Shown here: positions 10,213 through 19,174 of the stretch, in pieces | Position numbering within the stretch: the first letter of the stretch is position 1 | Layout of the letters: each line of letters opens with the position of its first letter | DNA from: Spirochaetia bacterium | GTDB lineage: Bacteria > Spirochaetota > Spirochaetia > UBA9216 | Length of the DNA: 64,000 nucleotides | NCBI GenBank assembly: GCA_965140585.1 | Contig: OZ223267.1 | Coordinates: 160,001-224,000, forward strand | Reading direction: 5' to 3' | Program-made: the position numbers and the translations under genes | Notes under the pieces: generated by a model | The model's input: the letters and a program-made list of their open reading frames with translations, nothing else | Databases searched by the model: none | Told to the model about the DNA's origin: nothing

Positions 10213-10976
10213 TTATTCACTCCTGCTTTATTGATTATATCCTGCATATTATATTGTCCCGGAGGACAGTCTGCCAGAAACCTTGCTGCAGCAATTGCTC
10301 CTGTTGCAAATACATTTCTTGAGTTTGCTGAATGCCCGATAGTGATTATTTCATCAGCTCCGGCAAAAAAAACATCATGCTCGCCGACAATTGTTCCTCC
10401 GCGAACTGCATGAATCCCCATTTCATTGGGTTTTCGCTGACAGTCTTTGCCCGATCTGCCGTTCACGTATTCAAGACTGTTGTCAAGTGCTTCATTGATG
10501 GAGTCTGCAAGCATAAAAGCCGTACCGCTCGGGGCATCTTTTTTCATCTTATGATGTTTTTCAACTATCTCGATATCAAATGCGCTTCCAAGCACAGTTG
10601 CGGCTGTTTTAACAAGCTGCTGAAGCAGGTTGATGCCGAGCGACATGTTTGCAGATCTGAAAATGGCTACAGATTCGGATACTATTTCAATCCATTTGAG
10701 ATCTGCATCACTTAAACCGGTGGTTGCAATAACAGCCGGTATCTTTCGTACAGCAGCTTCATCGAGGTAGCCTGCGAGAGTCGCAGGATTTGAAAAATCA
10801 ATGATGACATCCGCTGATTCCCTGCATTCTTTAAGGGTTTTGTAAACCGGAAAAGCACCGTCACTTGCAACAAGATCTATTCCTGCTGCCACTTCCATAT
10901 CGGAGCTTTCATTAATGAATGAGGTAAGAACTTTACCCATTCTTCCGCTGCTTCCTATCAGGATAACTTTAATCAT
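10209..10976 (-). CDS. dapB: 4-hydroxy-tetrahydrodipicolinate reductase
   Basis: GSSGRMG, EKHHKMKKDAPSGTA and RGGTIVGEH motifs. Confidence 0.95.
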   Translation of the reverse strand: MIKVILIGSSGRMGKVLTSFINESSDMEVAAGIDLVASDGAFPVYKTLKECRESADVIIDFSNPATLAGYLDEAAVRKIPAVIATTGLSDADLKWIEIVSESVAIFRSANMSLGINLLQQLVKTAATVLGSAFDIEIVEKHHKMKKDAPSGTAFMLADSINEALDNSLEYVNGRSGKDCQRKPNEMGIHAVRGGTIVGEHDVFFAGADEIITIGHSANSRNVFATGAIAAARFLADCPPGQYNMQDIINKAGVNK

Positions 10977-11050
10977 AAGGCCTCCTCACATAAGCGGTAT
11001 TTTGTTTGAACAAAAAGGAAGGAAAAGAAATTTTTTGACAGTAAATCCAA
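10973..11050 (-). CDS. Putative 25-aa leader ORF (MDLLSKNFFSFLFVQTKYRLCEEAL) coupled to dapB
   Basis: SD AGAGGAG 7 nt before TTG; its stop overlaps the dapB start as ATGA. Confidence 0.45.
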   Translation of the reverse strand: MDLLSKNFFSFLFVQTKYRLCEEAL

Positions 11051-11116
11051 TATTTATCTCCTCTAACCTTGCCCGGATTCAAGAAGATACAGGATTTCCG
11101 TAACTCTGAAAAGTCA

Positions 11117-11293
11117 GGTGACTAGCTCCCCAGCGTACTTAAAGTAGCGCTGACAGTTTTGGAAGTATTAGCTCCCAAGCCCAGAAAACTGTTCTGCGGA
11201 AAACAGCCTCTTCGGCGGCATTACCTTTCGGTCAGCTTCACGGGCGTCCGCGGCCTCAGCTGCCTACTAATTAACTGCCGCACCTCTATCACC
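11117..11293 (-). ncRNA. Lysine riboswitch (L-box) aptamer
   Basis: Minus strand reads GGTGATAGAGGTGC...GAAAGG...GCCGAA...CTGGG...ACTGTC...GGGGAGCTAGTCACC; P1 closes; lies upstream of dapB-dapA. Confidence 0.9.
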
Positions 11294-11313
11294 GGTGCAA
11301 TCAATTTGTACTA

Positions 11314-11342
11314 AACATAACTATTGAAAAATGTATTGTCAA
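11314..11342 (-). promoter_or_regulatory. Sigma70-type promoter of the riboswitch-dapBA transcript
   Basis: TTGACA-17-TATGTT on the minus strand. Confidence 0.6.
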
Positions 11343-11395
11343 GACCCGGTGTTTTAATTCTCAGACCTCGAAAGATTTCTTTATTCAGCCGCTTT

Positions 11396-12052
11396 TTAAT
11401 TCAGCTTCTGCATCAAGGAATTGAAACCGCGTATATTCTGTGCCAATTCCGAATCATAACGGTTTGAAAGTTCGATTATTATTCCGGGAATCCCCCTGTT
11501 ATAGAGGTAACCGGAGGCTGTGCCTGTGAATGGAACGCCTGAAGGCCGGGTACTGCCGACATATATTTTATATCCTGAAGCTTTGGAATATGCTTCCGCC
11601 AGCCGCTTTGCCGGTTCCCATGCATCAGGAAATCTGCATGGCAGAAGCTTATCTCTCTCCAGACGAAGGGCTGATTCATCAAGCAGTGCAGGATCTGCCT
11701 CGCCTGCTATACGGTAAAGGCCATCCGGGTTTAGCACGGGGATTATATATAAAATGATATTTGACGGTATTTCATCGGTGTTTTTGCTGTAATGGTCAAG
11801 CATATCCCTTACGAGTATAACGGAATTCCATTCGTAGCCTCCGTGTATTCCTCCTATCACTATCAGGTTTGATTTATTTTCATTACTGCTGCCAGGTAGA
11901 GAAAGTCCGGTTCCCTGTATTGTATAAGAATAAATAGGCCGGTTCTCTACTGAGCTGCCAATGATATCCTGCGCAGAAATATGACTGCCGAAAGCGAGTA
12001 ATAAAATTGCTGATAAAGATAGTATTCTTTTTATGTTTAAGCTTTTTTTCAT
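11396..12052 (-). pseudogene. M14 zinc carboxypeptidase (MpaA-like) with an apparent in-frame internal deletion
   Basis: Signal peptide, GGIHGGYE, IIPVLNPDG and C-terminal IEL present; the DLNRNF/SEPET/DxH core is absent. Confidence 0.55.
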
Positions 12053-12198
12053 AAATATTAAATCATTATGTTTACTGATAAAGTCAAGTAAAGGGGGCAG
12101 AGATATCTTTAATATTCAGCTTGATTTATACAGAATTGTTATACCGGAAGGTATAAAAAAAGCCGACCGCTTGATTATTCCGGTCAGCTTTTATCAGG

Positions 12199-12232
12199 AA
12201 AGAGGGCGGTTATACCGCTCTCTTTTTTTTTA
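12199..12232. terminator. Terminator hairpin after pta
   Basis: aaagagggcggt-tat-accgctctctttttt. Confidence 0.65.
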
Positions 12233-13225
12233 TCAGGACTGTGCCATGGTAACTGCAGATGTGGTAACAATATCTTCTACGCTGCAGCCTCTTGAAAGGT
12301 CACTGACCGGTTTGGCAAATCCCTGAAGGAAGGGGCCGTAGGCTTCAGCACCAGCAAGTCTCTGTACAAGTTTGTAGCCGATGTTTCCTGACTGAAGATC
12401 CGGAAAAACAAGTACATTTGCCTTTCCCGCTACCTTTGAACCGGGAGCCTTGCTGCTGCCGACGGAAGGTACGATTGCCGCATCAAGCTGCATTTCACCG
12501 TCTATGTTCAGGTCCGGACGCTTTTCCTGTGCCAGTTTTGTTGCTTCAACGACCTTGTCAACATTCTCATGTGATGCAGAGCCCTTGGTTGAGAATGAGA
12601 GCATTGCTGTGCAGGGTTCTGCATCAAGAAACTTTTTACATGATTCTGATGCTGCAATAGCAATTTCTGCAAGCTGTTCAGCGGTCGGGTTGGGGATTGT
12701 CGCACAGTCGCTGAAAATCATATTTCCGTTAACGCCGTATTCTGAGTCCTTCATATACATCACAAAGCAGCTGGATGCTGATTTAACACCAGGAGCAGTT
12801 TTTACTATTGTGAAAGCGGCACGCAGAACATTTCCTGTAGAGTTTTCAGCGCCTGCAACCATAGCGTCAGCATCATCCTTTCTCACCATCATTGCTCCCC
12901 ACTTAAGCGGATCAACCATAGCCTCTTTTGCCTGCTCTTCTGTAACGCCCTTGCTTTTTCTGAGTTCAAAATATTCAGCGGCATATTCATTCATTTTATC
13001 TGAAACTGCCGGATCAATAATTTCAATTCCGTTAATATTTACGCCTGCATCTGCTGCAGCGCTCTCAACATCTGCCTTGACACCTATCAGAAAAATCTTT
13101 GAAGCCAATCCCTCATCAACAAGGATTCTTGCTGCCTTGATAGTCCGTGATTCGGTACCTTCCGGAAGCACAAGTTTTTTCTGTAGTTTTTTGGCCTTTT
13201 CTTTCATGAGTTCTGCGAAAGCCAT
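12233..13225 (-). CDS. pta: Phosphate acetyltransferase
   Basis: VLPEG, SDCA, LSFSTKGS, DGEMQLDAA, GNIGYKL and SDLSRGC; start MAFAEL with GGAG SD. Confidence 0.95.
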   Translation of the reverse strand: MAFAELMKEKAKKLQKKLVLPEGTESRTIKAARILVDEGLASKIFLIGVKADVESAAADAGVNINGIEIIDPAVSDKMNEYAAEYFELRKSKGVTEEQAKEAMVDPLKWGAMMVRKDDADAMVAGAENSTGNVLRAAFTIVKTAPGVKSASSCFVMYMKDSEYGVNGNMIFSDCATIPNPTAEQLAEIAIAASESCKKFLDAEPCTAMLSFSTKGSASHENVDKVVEATKLAQEKRPDLNIDGEMQLDAAIVPSVGSSKAPGSKVAGKANVLVFPDLQSGNIGYKLVQRLAGAEAYGPFLQGFAKPVSDLSRGCSVEDIVTTSAVTMAQS

Positions 13226-13330
13226 ATCTGAATCTCCTTGGATCAATAATCTTTTACTAAATAATAGTACAATATCAATTCTTTGCACAGACTCATTGAG
13301 AAAATATAGCAAAGTGATTATTATTGCCGC

Positions 13331-14047
13331 ATGAAGATAGCAGTATACGGTATGGGCAGATTCGGAGCCTTCTGGGCGTCGCGACTTGCTGAGCATGCCG
13401 GTGTAAGCGGTTTTACAAGAAATCAGGAAAGGGTTTTTCCTGCTGGAGTTAAGAGGATTAGTGAAAGCGAGCTGTCCGGTTTTGATGCCGTATTTTTATG
13501 CTGTGCAATCAGCGCGGTTGAAGAAGTTCTTGAAAGAATAAAACCATATATAAAGCCCGGAACCGTTGTTTTGGACACCTGTTCTGTAAAAATCGAACCG
13601 GCTACTCAGATGCAGAGAATCCTTCCCGAAGATGTGGAAGTCATTGCGACTCATCCGATGTTTGGTCCCGATTCCGGCCGGAACGGAGTTCAGGGCCTCC
13701 CTATAGTTTATTCACCGGTCAGAGCTTCGGAAGAAACTGCTGCTAAATGGTATGATTTTCTTAAAAGCATGGGGCTTCATGTGATAGAGATGACTCCTGA
13801 CGAGCACGATCAGGAGGCCGCCTTTACGCAGGGTGTAACCCACTTTATCGGCCGTGTCCTGGACCAGCTGAAACTTCAGAAGAGTCCCATTGCTACAGTG
13901 GGTTATCAGAAACTTCAGGAAATAGTTGAGCAGACCTGTAACGATCCAATGCAGCTTTTTCTCGACCTTCAGCGCCATAATCCTCATACCAAGGAAATGC
14001 GTGCCAGACTTAAAAAAGCACTGGACGACACCCTCAGCCTGTTCTGA
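13331..14047 (+). CDS. tyrA: Prephenate/arogenate dehydrogenase
   Basis: GMGRFG, DTCSVK, THPMFGP and EHD motifs. Confidence 0.85.
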   Translation: MKIAVYGMGRFGAFWASRLAEHAGVSGFTRNQERVFPAGVKRISESELSGFDAVFLCCAISAVEEVLERIKPYIKPGTVVLDTCSVKIEPATQMQRILPEDVEVIATHPMFGPDSGRNGVQGLPIVYSPVRASEETAAKWYDFLKSMGLHVIEMTPDEHDQEAAFTQGVTHFIGRVLDQLKLQKSPIATVGYQKLQEIVEQTCNDPMQLFLDLQRHNPHTKEMRARLKKALDDTLSLF

Positions 14048-14276
14048 TGTTTTCTTAAACATTTAATTTATTCAGGCGCCATGACAAAATGCTGTAAAAG
14101 CATTTATTGTGCAAATATTAAGCCTGAAAAAATAGCTCAAAGAGCTATCTCTCTATAAACGGATTTATACTTTGAAAAAACAGTTCGCAGAGCTGACATA
14201 TTAATTATGAATGCATTAGATGTTTTCTTAAACATCTAATGCAGAGAATAGACAGTTCAAAGAACTGTCTATTCTC
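14046..14276. repeat. Cluster of about 7 short inverted repeats, including a duplicated gatgttttcttaaacat
   Basis: Perfect 14-bp stem at 14212-14243 and 15-bp stem at 14244-14276; smaller stems at 14046, 14132, 14154 and 14181. Confidence 0.75.
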
Positions 14277-14316
14277 CCTTGACAAGAACCTAAACAGACA
14301 GATACGATGGTGGGAT

Positions 14317-14742
14317 ATGAGTGACATTCAGATACAAAATATAGATGAAGCAGAAATTGATACAATCCTTGAAGATGATATTGAATTCACCGGAGACCTC
14401 GGGTTTGATAAATCCCTTCTTATAAAAGGGAAACTTAAAGGTAACGTAAAAGCCGCCGGGGACCTGTATGTTGCAGAAAGTGCTGTTGTGGATGCACGGG
14501 TTGAAGCACATATTGTTTCGGTCAAAGGCCGTATAAACGGAAATATATACGCCTATGAGAGAGTAGAACTTTTTTCATGCGGAAGAATTGACGGTGATAT
14601 TACGGCGCCCGACATAATTATGGAAAGCGGCTGTACCTTTAACGGAATATGTACAATGCGTTCACCGCGTGATGTTCTAAAATCCGGGCAGAAAGATGAA
14701 CCAATTAACGAAGTTCAGGAGTTAATAATAAATGAAGAATAA
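14317..14742 (+). CDS. Bactofilin (polymer-forming cytoskeletal protein)
   Basis: Beta-helix pattern TILEDDIEFTGDL...IKGKLKGNV...GRINGNI...GCTFNGICTM. Confidence 0.85.
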   Translation: MSDIQIQNIDEAEIDTILEDDIEFTGDLGFDKSLLIKGKLKGNVKAAGDLYVAESAVVDARVEAHIVSVKGRINGNIYAYERVELFSCGRIDGDITAPDIIMESGCTFNGICTMRSPRDVLKSGQKDEPINEVQELIINEE

Positions 14743-15367
14743 AAAGTTAATTACCGTTTTATCAATACTTTTACTGGCTTCAGCTGCTTTTGTTTCAGCA
14801 CAGGACAACCGGGCTGATGCACTTCTCGAATACCGTAATGGTAATTTTGACAGGGCCATCTCAATTTGTCTCGAGGAAATAAGGCAGATGCCCAGAAATA
14901 TGGATTCATATGTTGTATTGGGGTGGAGTTACCTTAAAAAAGGCGATAATGCCGGGGCATTAAAATCGGCCCAGGATGCGCTGAAGATTTCAAGGCATGA
15001 TATCAGGGTTATTGAGATTGCCGGCGAAGCTGATTACTATCTGGGCAATAATCTTGATGCATTAAAATATTTTGAAGAATACACAGTTCTGGCTCCGACC
15101 GGAGACCGTATTGAACTGGTTTATTTTTTTATGGGTGAGATATTCATCAGGCTCGGTGAATACAACAGGGCTGATATCGCCTTCACCACAGCTGTTTATC
15201 ATTCACCGAATACAGCCAGATGGTGGTCCAGACTCGGTTATGCACGCGAGATGGCTGAGGACTGGCAGTATTCTCTTGAAGCCTATGACAAGGCTCTTCA
15301 GCTTAATTCAGCCTACACAGAAGCTATACGCGGAAGAGAACGTGTCAGTAAAAAACTGGGGACATGA
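14732..15367 (+). CDS. Exported TPR protein
   Basis: Signal peptide; several TPR units. Confidence 0.8.
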   Translation: MKNKKLITVLSILLLASAAFVSAQDNRADALLEYRNGNFDRAISICLEEIRQMPRNMDSYVVLGWSYLKKGDNAGALKSAQDALKISRHDIRVIEIAGEADYYLGNNLDALKYFEEYTVLAPTGDRIELVYFFMGEIFIRLGEYNRADIAFTTAVYHSPNTARWWSRLGYAREMAEDWQYSLEAYDKALQLNSAYTEAIRGRERVSKKLGT

Positions 15368-16737
15368 TGAGGGCTTCTTTTTATACTTTAGGCTGCAAGC
15401 TTAATCAGTGTGAGAGCGAAGCCCTGGCTACGTCGTTTGACAGCCAGGGCTTTTTAATTGGCTCATACCGTGATTCCAGTGATATTTATGTAGTAAATAC
15501 ATGTACAGTTACTTCAAAGGCGGAACAGAAGGCAAGGCGGATGATAAGGAAGATGTCGGCAGAACACCCTTTTGCTGTTGTTCTTGTTACAGGATGCTAT
15601 GCCCAACTTAATGCCGAAGATTTGAAACTTGCTCCCAATGTCATTGTTGTTCCCCATGATCAGAAGGCTCGAATTAATGAACTTCCTGCACATCTGGATG
15701 AGTCCGGATCAGGTGAGGAAGGCAATGATCTGATTAATCAAGTCCGCTCTTACTTCGGGATGCTGTCTGATAACGCTGTACGGCCGGAATCAGAAGAGCT
15801 GCCGCAGCGGTTCTGGTATGATTCGGTTAACTTTAATTTTCACACCAGGGCATACCTGAAGATTCAGGACGGATGTGATAACCGCTGTGCATACTGCAGG
15901 GTGCCACTTGCACGGGGAAAAAGCATAAGTCAGGATATCAATTTGCTCTGCGAGCAGTTTAAGGAACTGCAGAATAAGGGTTATCTTGAAGTTATCCTTA
16001 CTGGTGTGAATATTTCATCATATAAGGATAAATCAGGTGCTGATTTTACAGATCTGCTGCAGAGACTATGCAGTATCAGGGATAAGACACGAATACGGCT
16101 CTCATCGATCGAACCTGAATCTATTACTCCGAGACTCGCAGAAGTTTTAAAGGATCCTGGAATTTGTCCTCATTTTCATATTCCTGTTCAGTCAGGAAGT
16201 GATAGCATTCTTGAGGTCATGAAAAGGAAAAACCGGCGGGCTCAGATAATCGAAGCGGTTAGACTGCTTCGTGAGGCCAAGGATGATCCCTTCATAGCAG
16301 CTGATATTATTGCTGGGTTTCCCGGTGAAACAGATGAAGATTACAGGCAGAGCTACAGCCTGCTTGATGACTGTGGTTTCAGCGCTCTTCATGTGTTTCC
16401 ATATTCATCAAGGCCCGGAACTGCCGCCAGTACTATGAAAAATCATGTTCCTGAAAGAATTACATCGCAGAGGACTGCTGAACTGCGTGAGCTTTCTGGT
16501 CGTAAGAACCGTGAATATACCCAAAGATGGATGAATAGAGAGCTTGAAGTTTTAATCGAAGAAAAAAAGGGTAACTGTTCATACGGAATCAGCTCAAATT
16601 ATTTGAAAATCGTTTTTTGTGATATACTTAAGGAAGAGGGAAGTCTTTGTACTGTGAAACCTGAACCGGGACTCTCTTCTGATAAAGCCGCCGGTTCCGA
16701 CGCTATTCCCTGCCGATTTATAAAATGGATAGTTTGA
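15364..16737 (+). CDS. mtaB: tRNA t6A methylthiotransferase (radical SAM)
   Basis: TLGCKLNQCES, NTCTVT, TGCYAQ and KIQDGCDNRCAYC. Confidence 0.9.
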   Translation: MMRASFYTLGCKLNQCESEALATSFDSQGFLIGSYRDSSDIYVVNTCTVTSKAEQKARRMIRKMSAEHPFAVVLVTGCYAQLNAEDLKLAPNVIVVPHDQKARINELPAHLDESGSGEEGNDLINQVRSYFGMLSDNAVRPESEELPQRFWYDSVNFNFHTRAYLKIQDGCDNRCAYCRVPLARGKSISQDINLLCEQFKELQNKGYLEVILTGVNISSYKDKSGADFTDLLQRLCSIRDKTRIRLSSIEPESITPRLAEVLKDPGICPHFHIPVQSGSDSILEVMKRKNRRAQIIEAVRLLREAKDDPFIAADIIAGFPGETDEDYRQSYSLLDDCGFSALHVFPYSSRPGTAASTMKNHVPERITSQRTAELRELSGRKNREYTQRWMNRELEVLIEEKKGNCSYGISSNYLKIVFCDILKEEGSLCTVKPEPGLSSDKAAGSDAIPCRFIKWIV

Positions 16738-16781
16738 TTTTATAAGTTCTTTTGACGATAATTCTGATTAGGAGGGCTGTA

Positions 16782-17393
16782 ATGAAAATAAAACTCATTA
16801 TGGTTGCAGTACTTATATCAGCTGCCCTTATACTTGCTTCCTGCCAGCAGGTTTTTACCAGTAGTGTTTACACTCTTTTAGGTTATTCAACCGATATGTC
16901 CAGTATGACCGATGAGCAGAAGGTCTCATACGCACAGGATTTGCTCAGTTCCGGCAGTGCAGAAGATATGCAGACGGCATATGATGAAATTTTTGCGATG
17001 CTTGGTGATGATCTGAGTGCTGCCGATCCTGAACTGGTACTTCTTGCCGCCGATTTGGCTGTAGGTGCCTCCGGTCTTGGAGATGCTGTTACAGACGGTC
17101 TGGAACTGCTGACTTCCGGTTCAGAGGATGCCGATGCAATGACAAGTCTTATTGAGGGCATAAATACTGATAATCTTGCAGATGCTGTAACTCTAATGGA
17201 AGCTGCTGAAGCCAGCGGTACCGAGATAACCGAAGAACAGTATGCCAATGCTGCCGCAGCCCAGCTGCTTGTAGCTGCAGACGGTGATATAAATAATCTT
17301 GATTTTGAGAGTCCTGATGATGATCTTCAACAGGCCCTGGACTGGGCTGTACTTGGCGGAGTAGATCTGGAATCTCTGTTTGCCGGCGGTTGA
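16782..17393 (+). CDS. Acidic alpha-helical lipoprotein of unknown function
   Basis: GGAGG SD; lipobox LASC; D/E/A-rich. Confidence 0.7.
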   Translation: MKIKLIMVAVLISAALILASCQQVFTSSVYTLLGYSTDMSSMTDEQKVSYAQDLLSSGSAEDMQTAYDEIFAMLGDDLSAADPELVLLAADLAVGASGLGDAVTDGLELLTSGSEDADAMTSLIEGINTDNLADAVTLMEAAEASGTEITEEQYANAAAAQLLVAADGDINNLDFESPDDDLQQALDWAVLGGVDLESLFAGG

Positions 17394-17423
17394 TAGTACA
17401 ATTAAAACAAAACGGAGATTCTG

Positions 17424-18614
17424 ATGCCTAAACGACTGATAATAATTCTTTCAATTACCATTCTGGTATTTACAGTAAGTCCGGCTTTTTCTGCTCCGGA
17501 TTTTTATATGGAGGATATTCGTATTCCTTCAGCTATTGACTCCGGAATGGGAGGCCCATATCCGACAGACAATGAGGGGCTTGAAACAATATTTGCAAAT
17601 CCGGCCTCATTTAAATCTGCAGAAACAGATGTCACCTTTGCGGACTTCAGTCTGCTGCTCAAAGGTCCTATCTTTGATATAACCAGCCTTGTAATAAGCA
17701 GTATTTCGGGAGGAGGGGAACTCACTGATATTCTTTCCTCTTCATCAGCCCAGAGTATTCTGAGCAACATATATACCGGTGTTGAAATGACCGGGCCTAT
17801 ATATTTCGGATATACCGGTGACGGACTTGGATTCGGACTTTTTAATAACACAGATATCACTCTAAGAGAGTCAGGAACACTTGCACTGACTGTTGAGACT
17901 ACCGAGGATATTCTGCTTTGCGGAGGTTATGCATTCAGAATCCCCCTTTCACAGGATCAGACCCATGTTCTTGATGCTGGGGTAATGATGAAAGGCGGTG
18001 TTGAAGGCAGTCTTGAGATAGAGAAGTCGCTTCTTGAACTAACAACGCTGCTCTCTGATTTGAGCCTTGATATAGTTATGGAATCTCCCTTCAGCTTCAG
18101 TACACTAATCGGCCTTGATGCCGGCCTTCTGTATACCTGGGAGGGTCTTCTTTCCGTAGGGCTCACAGCGCAGGATATATATTCGCCTGCAATTAAGTAT
18201 ACATATGATTCCGGTCTTACCGGCTTTATCGACCCTGCTACAGAGGCCCCGACTCCTGAATATGGTTTGATTCCTTTTAAACTTAATGCAGGTGTTGAGC
18301 TTAATCCGGAAATTCCGGCACTTCAGCAGTACATAACAGATTTCCGCTTCCTGGTTGCATATGATGATATTCTTGATTTCTGGCTTTATCCTTCAGAGGC
18401 TGAGAATGCCCTGCTTCATATCAAAACAGGCCTTGAGCTTACTATGCTTGAAATTCTCTCTGTAAGGGTGGGCATGGCAGAAGGATTACTGAATGCAGGA
18501 CTTAGCCTGGATCTGCAGCTGTTTACTTTAAACGCGGCTATGTTCGGAACGGAACTTTCAAGTGTGCCCGGACTGAACCCCGTTTATAACATGATAATCA
18601 GCTTTGTATTATAG
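17424..18614 (+). CDS. Putative outer-membrane beta-barrel (FadL/TraF-like)
   Basis: Signal peptide; GMGG...IFANPA plug motif; amphipathic strands. Confidence 0.6.
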   Translation: MPKRLIIILSITILVFTVSPAFSAPDFYMEDIRIPSAIDSGMGGPYPTDNEGLETIFANPASFKSAETDVTFADFSLLLKGPIFDITSLVISSISGGGELTDILSSSSAQSILSNIYTGVEMTGPIYFGYTGDGLGFGLFNNTDITLRESGTLALTVETTEDILLCGGYAFRIPLSQDQTHVLDAGVMMKGGVEGSLEIEKSLLELTTLLSDLSLDIVMESPFSFSTLIGLDAGLLYTWEGLLSVGLTAQDIYSPAIKYTYDSGLTGFIDPATEAPTPEYGLIPFKLNAGVELNPEIPALQQYITDFRFLVAYDDILDFWLYPSEAENALLHIKTGLELTMLEILSVRVGMAEGLLNAGLSLDLQLFTLNAAMFGTELSSVPGLNPVYNMIISFVL

Positions 18615-18659
18615 CAAAATCAAGCACGAAAAACGTATCGAAATTTCTGCTAATTCGTG

Positions 18660-18688
18660 TTGACATTTTATTTTATAGTTGCTATATT
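18660..18688 (+). promoter_or_regulatory. Promoter of the tRNA pair
   Basis: TTGACA-17-TATATT. Confidence 0.75.
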
Positions 18689-18709
18689 CATCCAGCAAAT
18701 GAGCGATAC

Positions 18710-18782
18710 GGGCCGCTAGCTCAGCTGGTAGAGCAACGCCCTTTTAAGGCGTGGGTCACAGGTTCGAACCCTGTGCGGCTCA
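18710..18782 (+). tRNA. tRNA-Lys(TTT)
   Basis: Cloverleaf; anticodon arm acgcc-ctTTTaa-ggcgt; GGTTCGAAC T-loop. Confidence 0.95.
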
Positions 18783-18811
18783 AAAGCATTCGCCTTGTGA
18801 ATGTTTAAATT

Positions 18812-18886
<75 letters not shown>

Positions 18887-18894
18887 AATAATTA

Positions 18895-18927
18895 GGACTG
18901 TTTCTTTACGGAAACAGTCCTTTTTTT
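18895..18927 (+). terminator. Intrinsic terminator after the tRNAs
   Basis: aggactgtttc-tttacg-gaaacagtcct followed by a T-run. Confidence 0.85.
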
Positions 18928-19174
18928 ATTTAAAAACTGAGCTAAAGAGTATTGAGTTTTATACTGATTAAAAATAGAATATATTCATTACATAAAGAAA
19001 TTGGAAATAAGTAATTTGAAAAAACTGAAAACAAAAAAAATATTCGCATCTCTAATTTATATTCATTACATACCTAATATTCAGCTACAAAACAAGTTTT
19101 CGTTTTAGGTTAAATTTCCAGTCTCAACAATACGGCTGTATAAAAGTCTACAGCTTCAATTTTGAGGAGGAGAA

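Noticed and set aside
12450-13334. 294-aa plus-strand ORF
   Set aside because: In-register antisense of pta with no recognisable motifs
14046-14276. CRISPR array
   Set aside because: No regularly spaced identical repeats with unique spacers and no cas genes in the window
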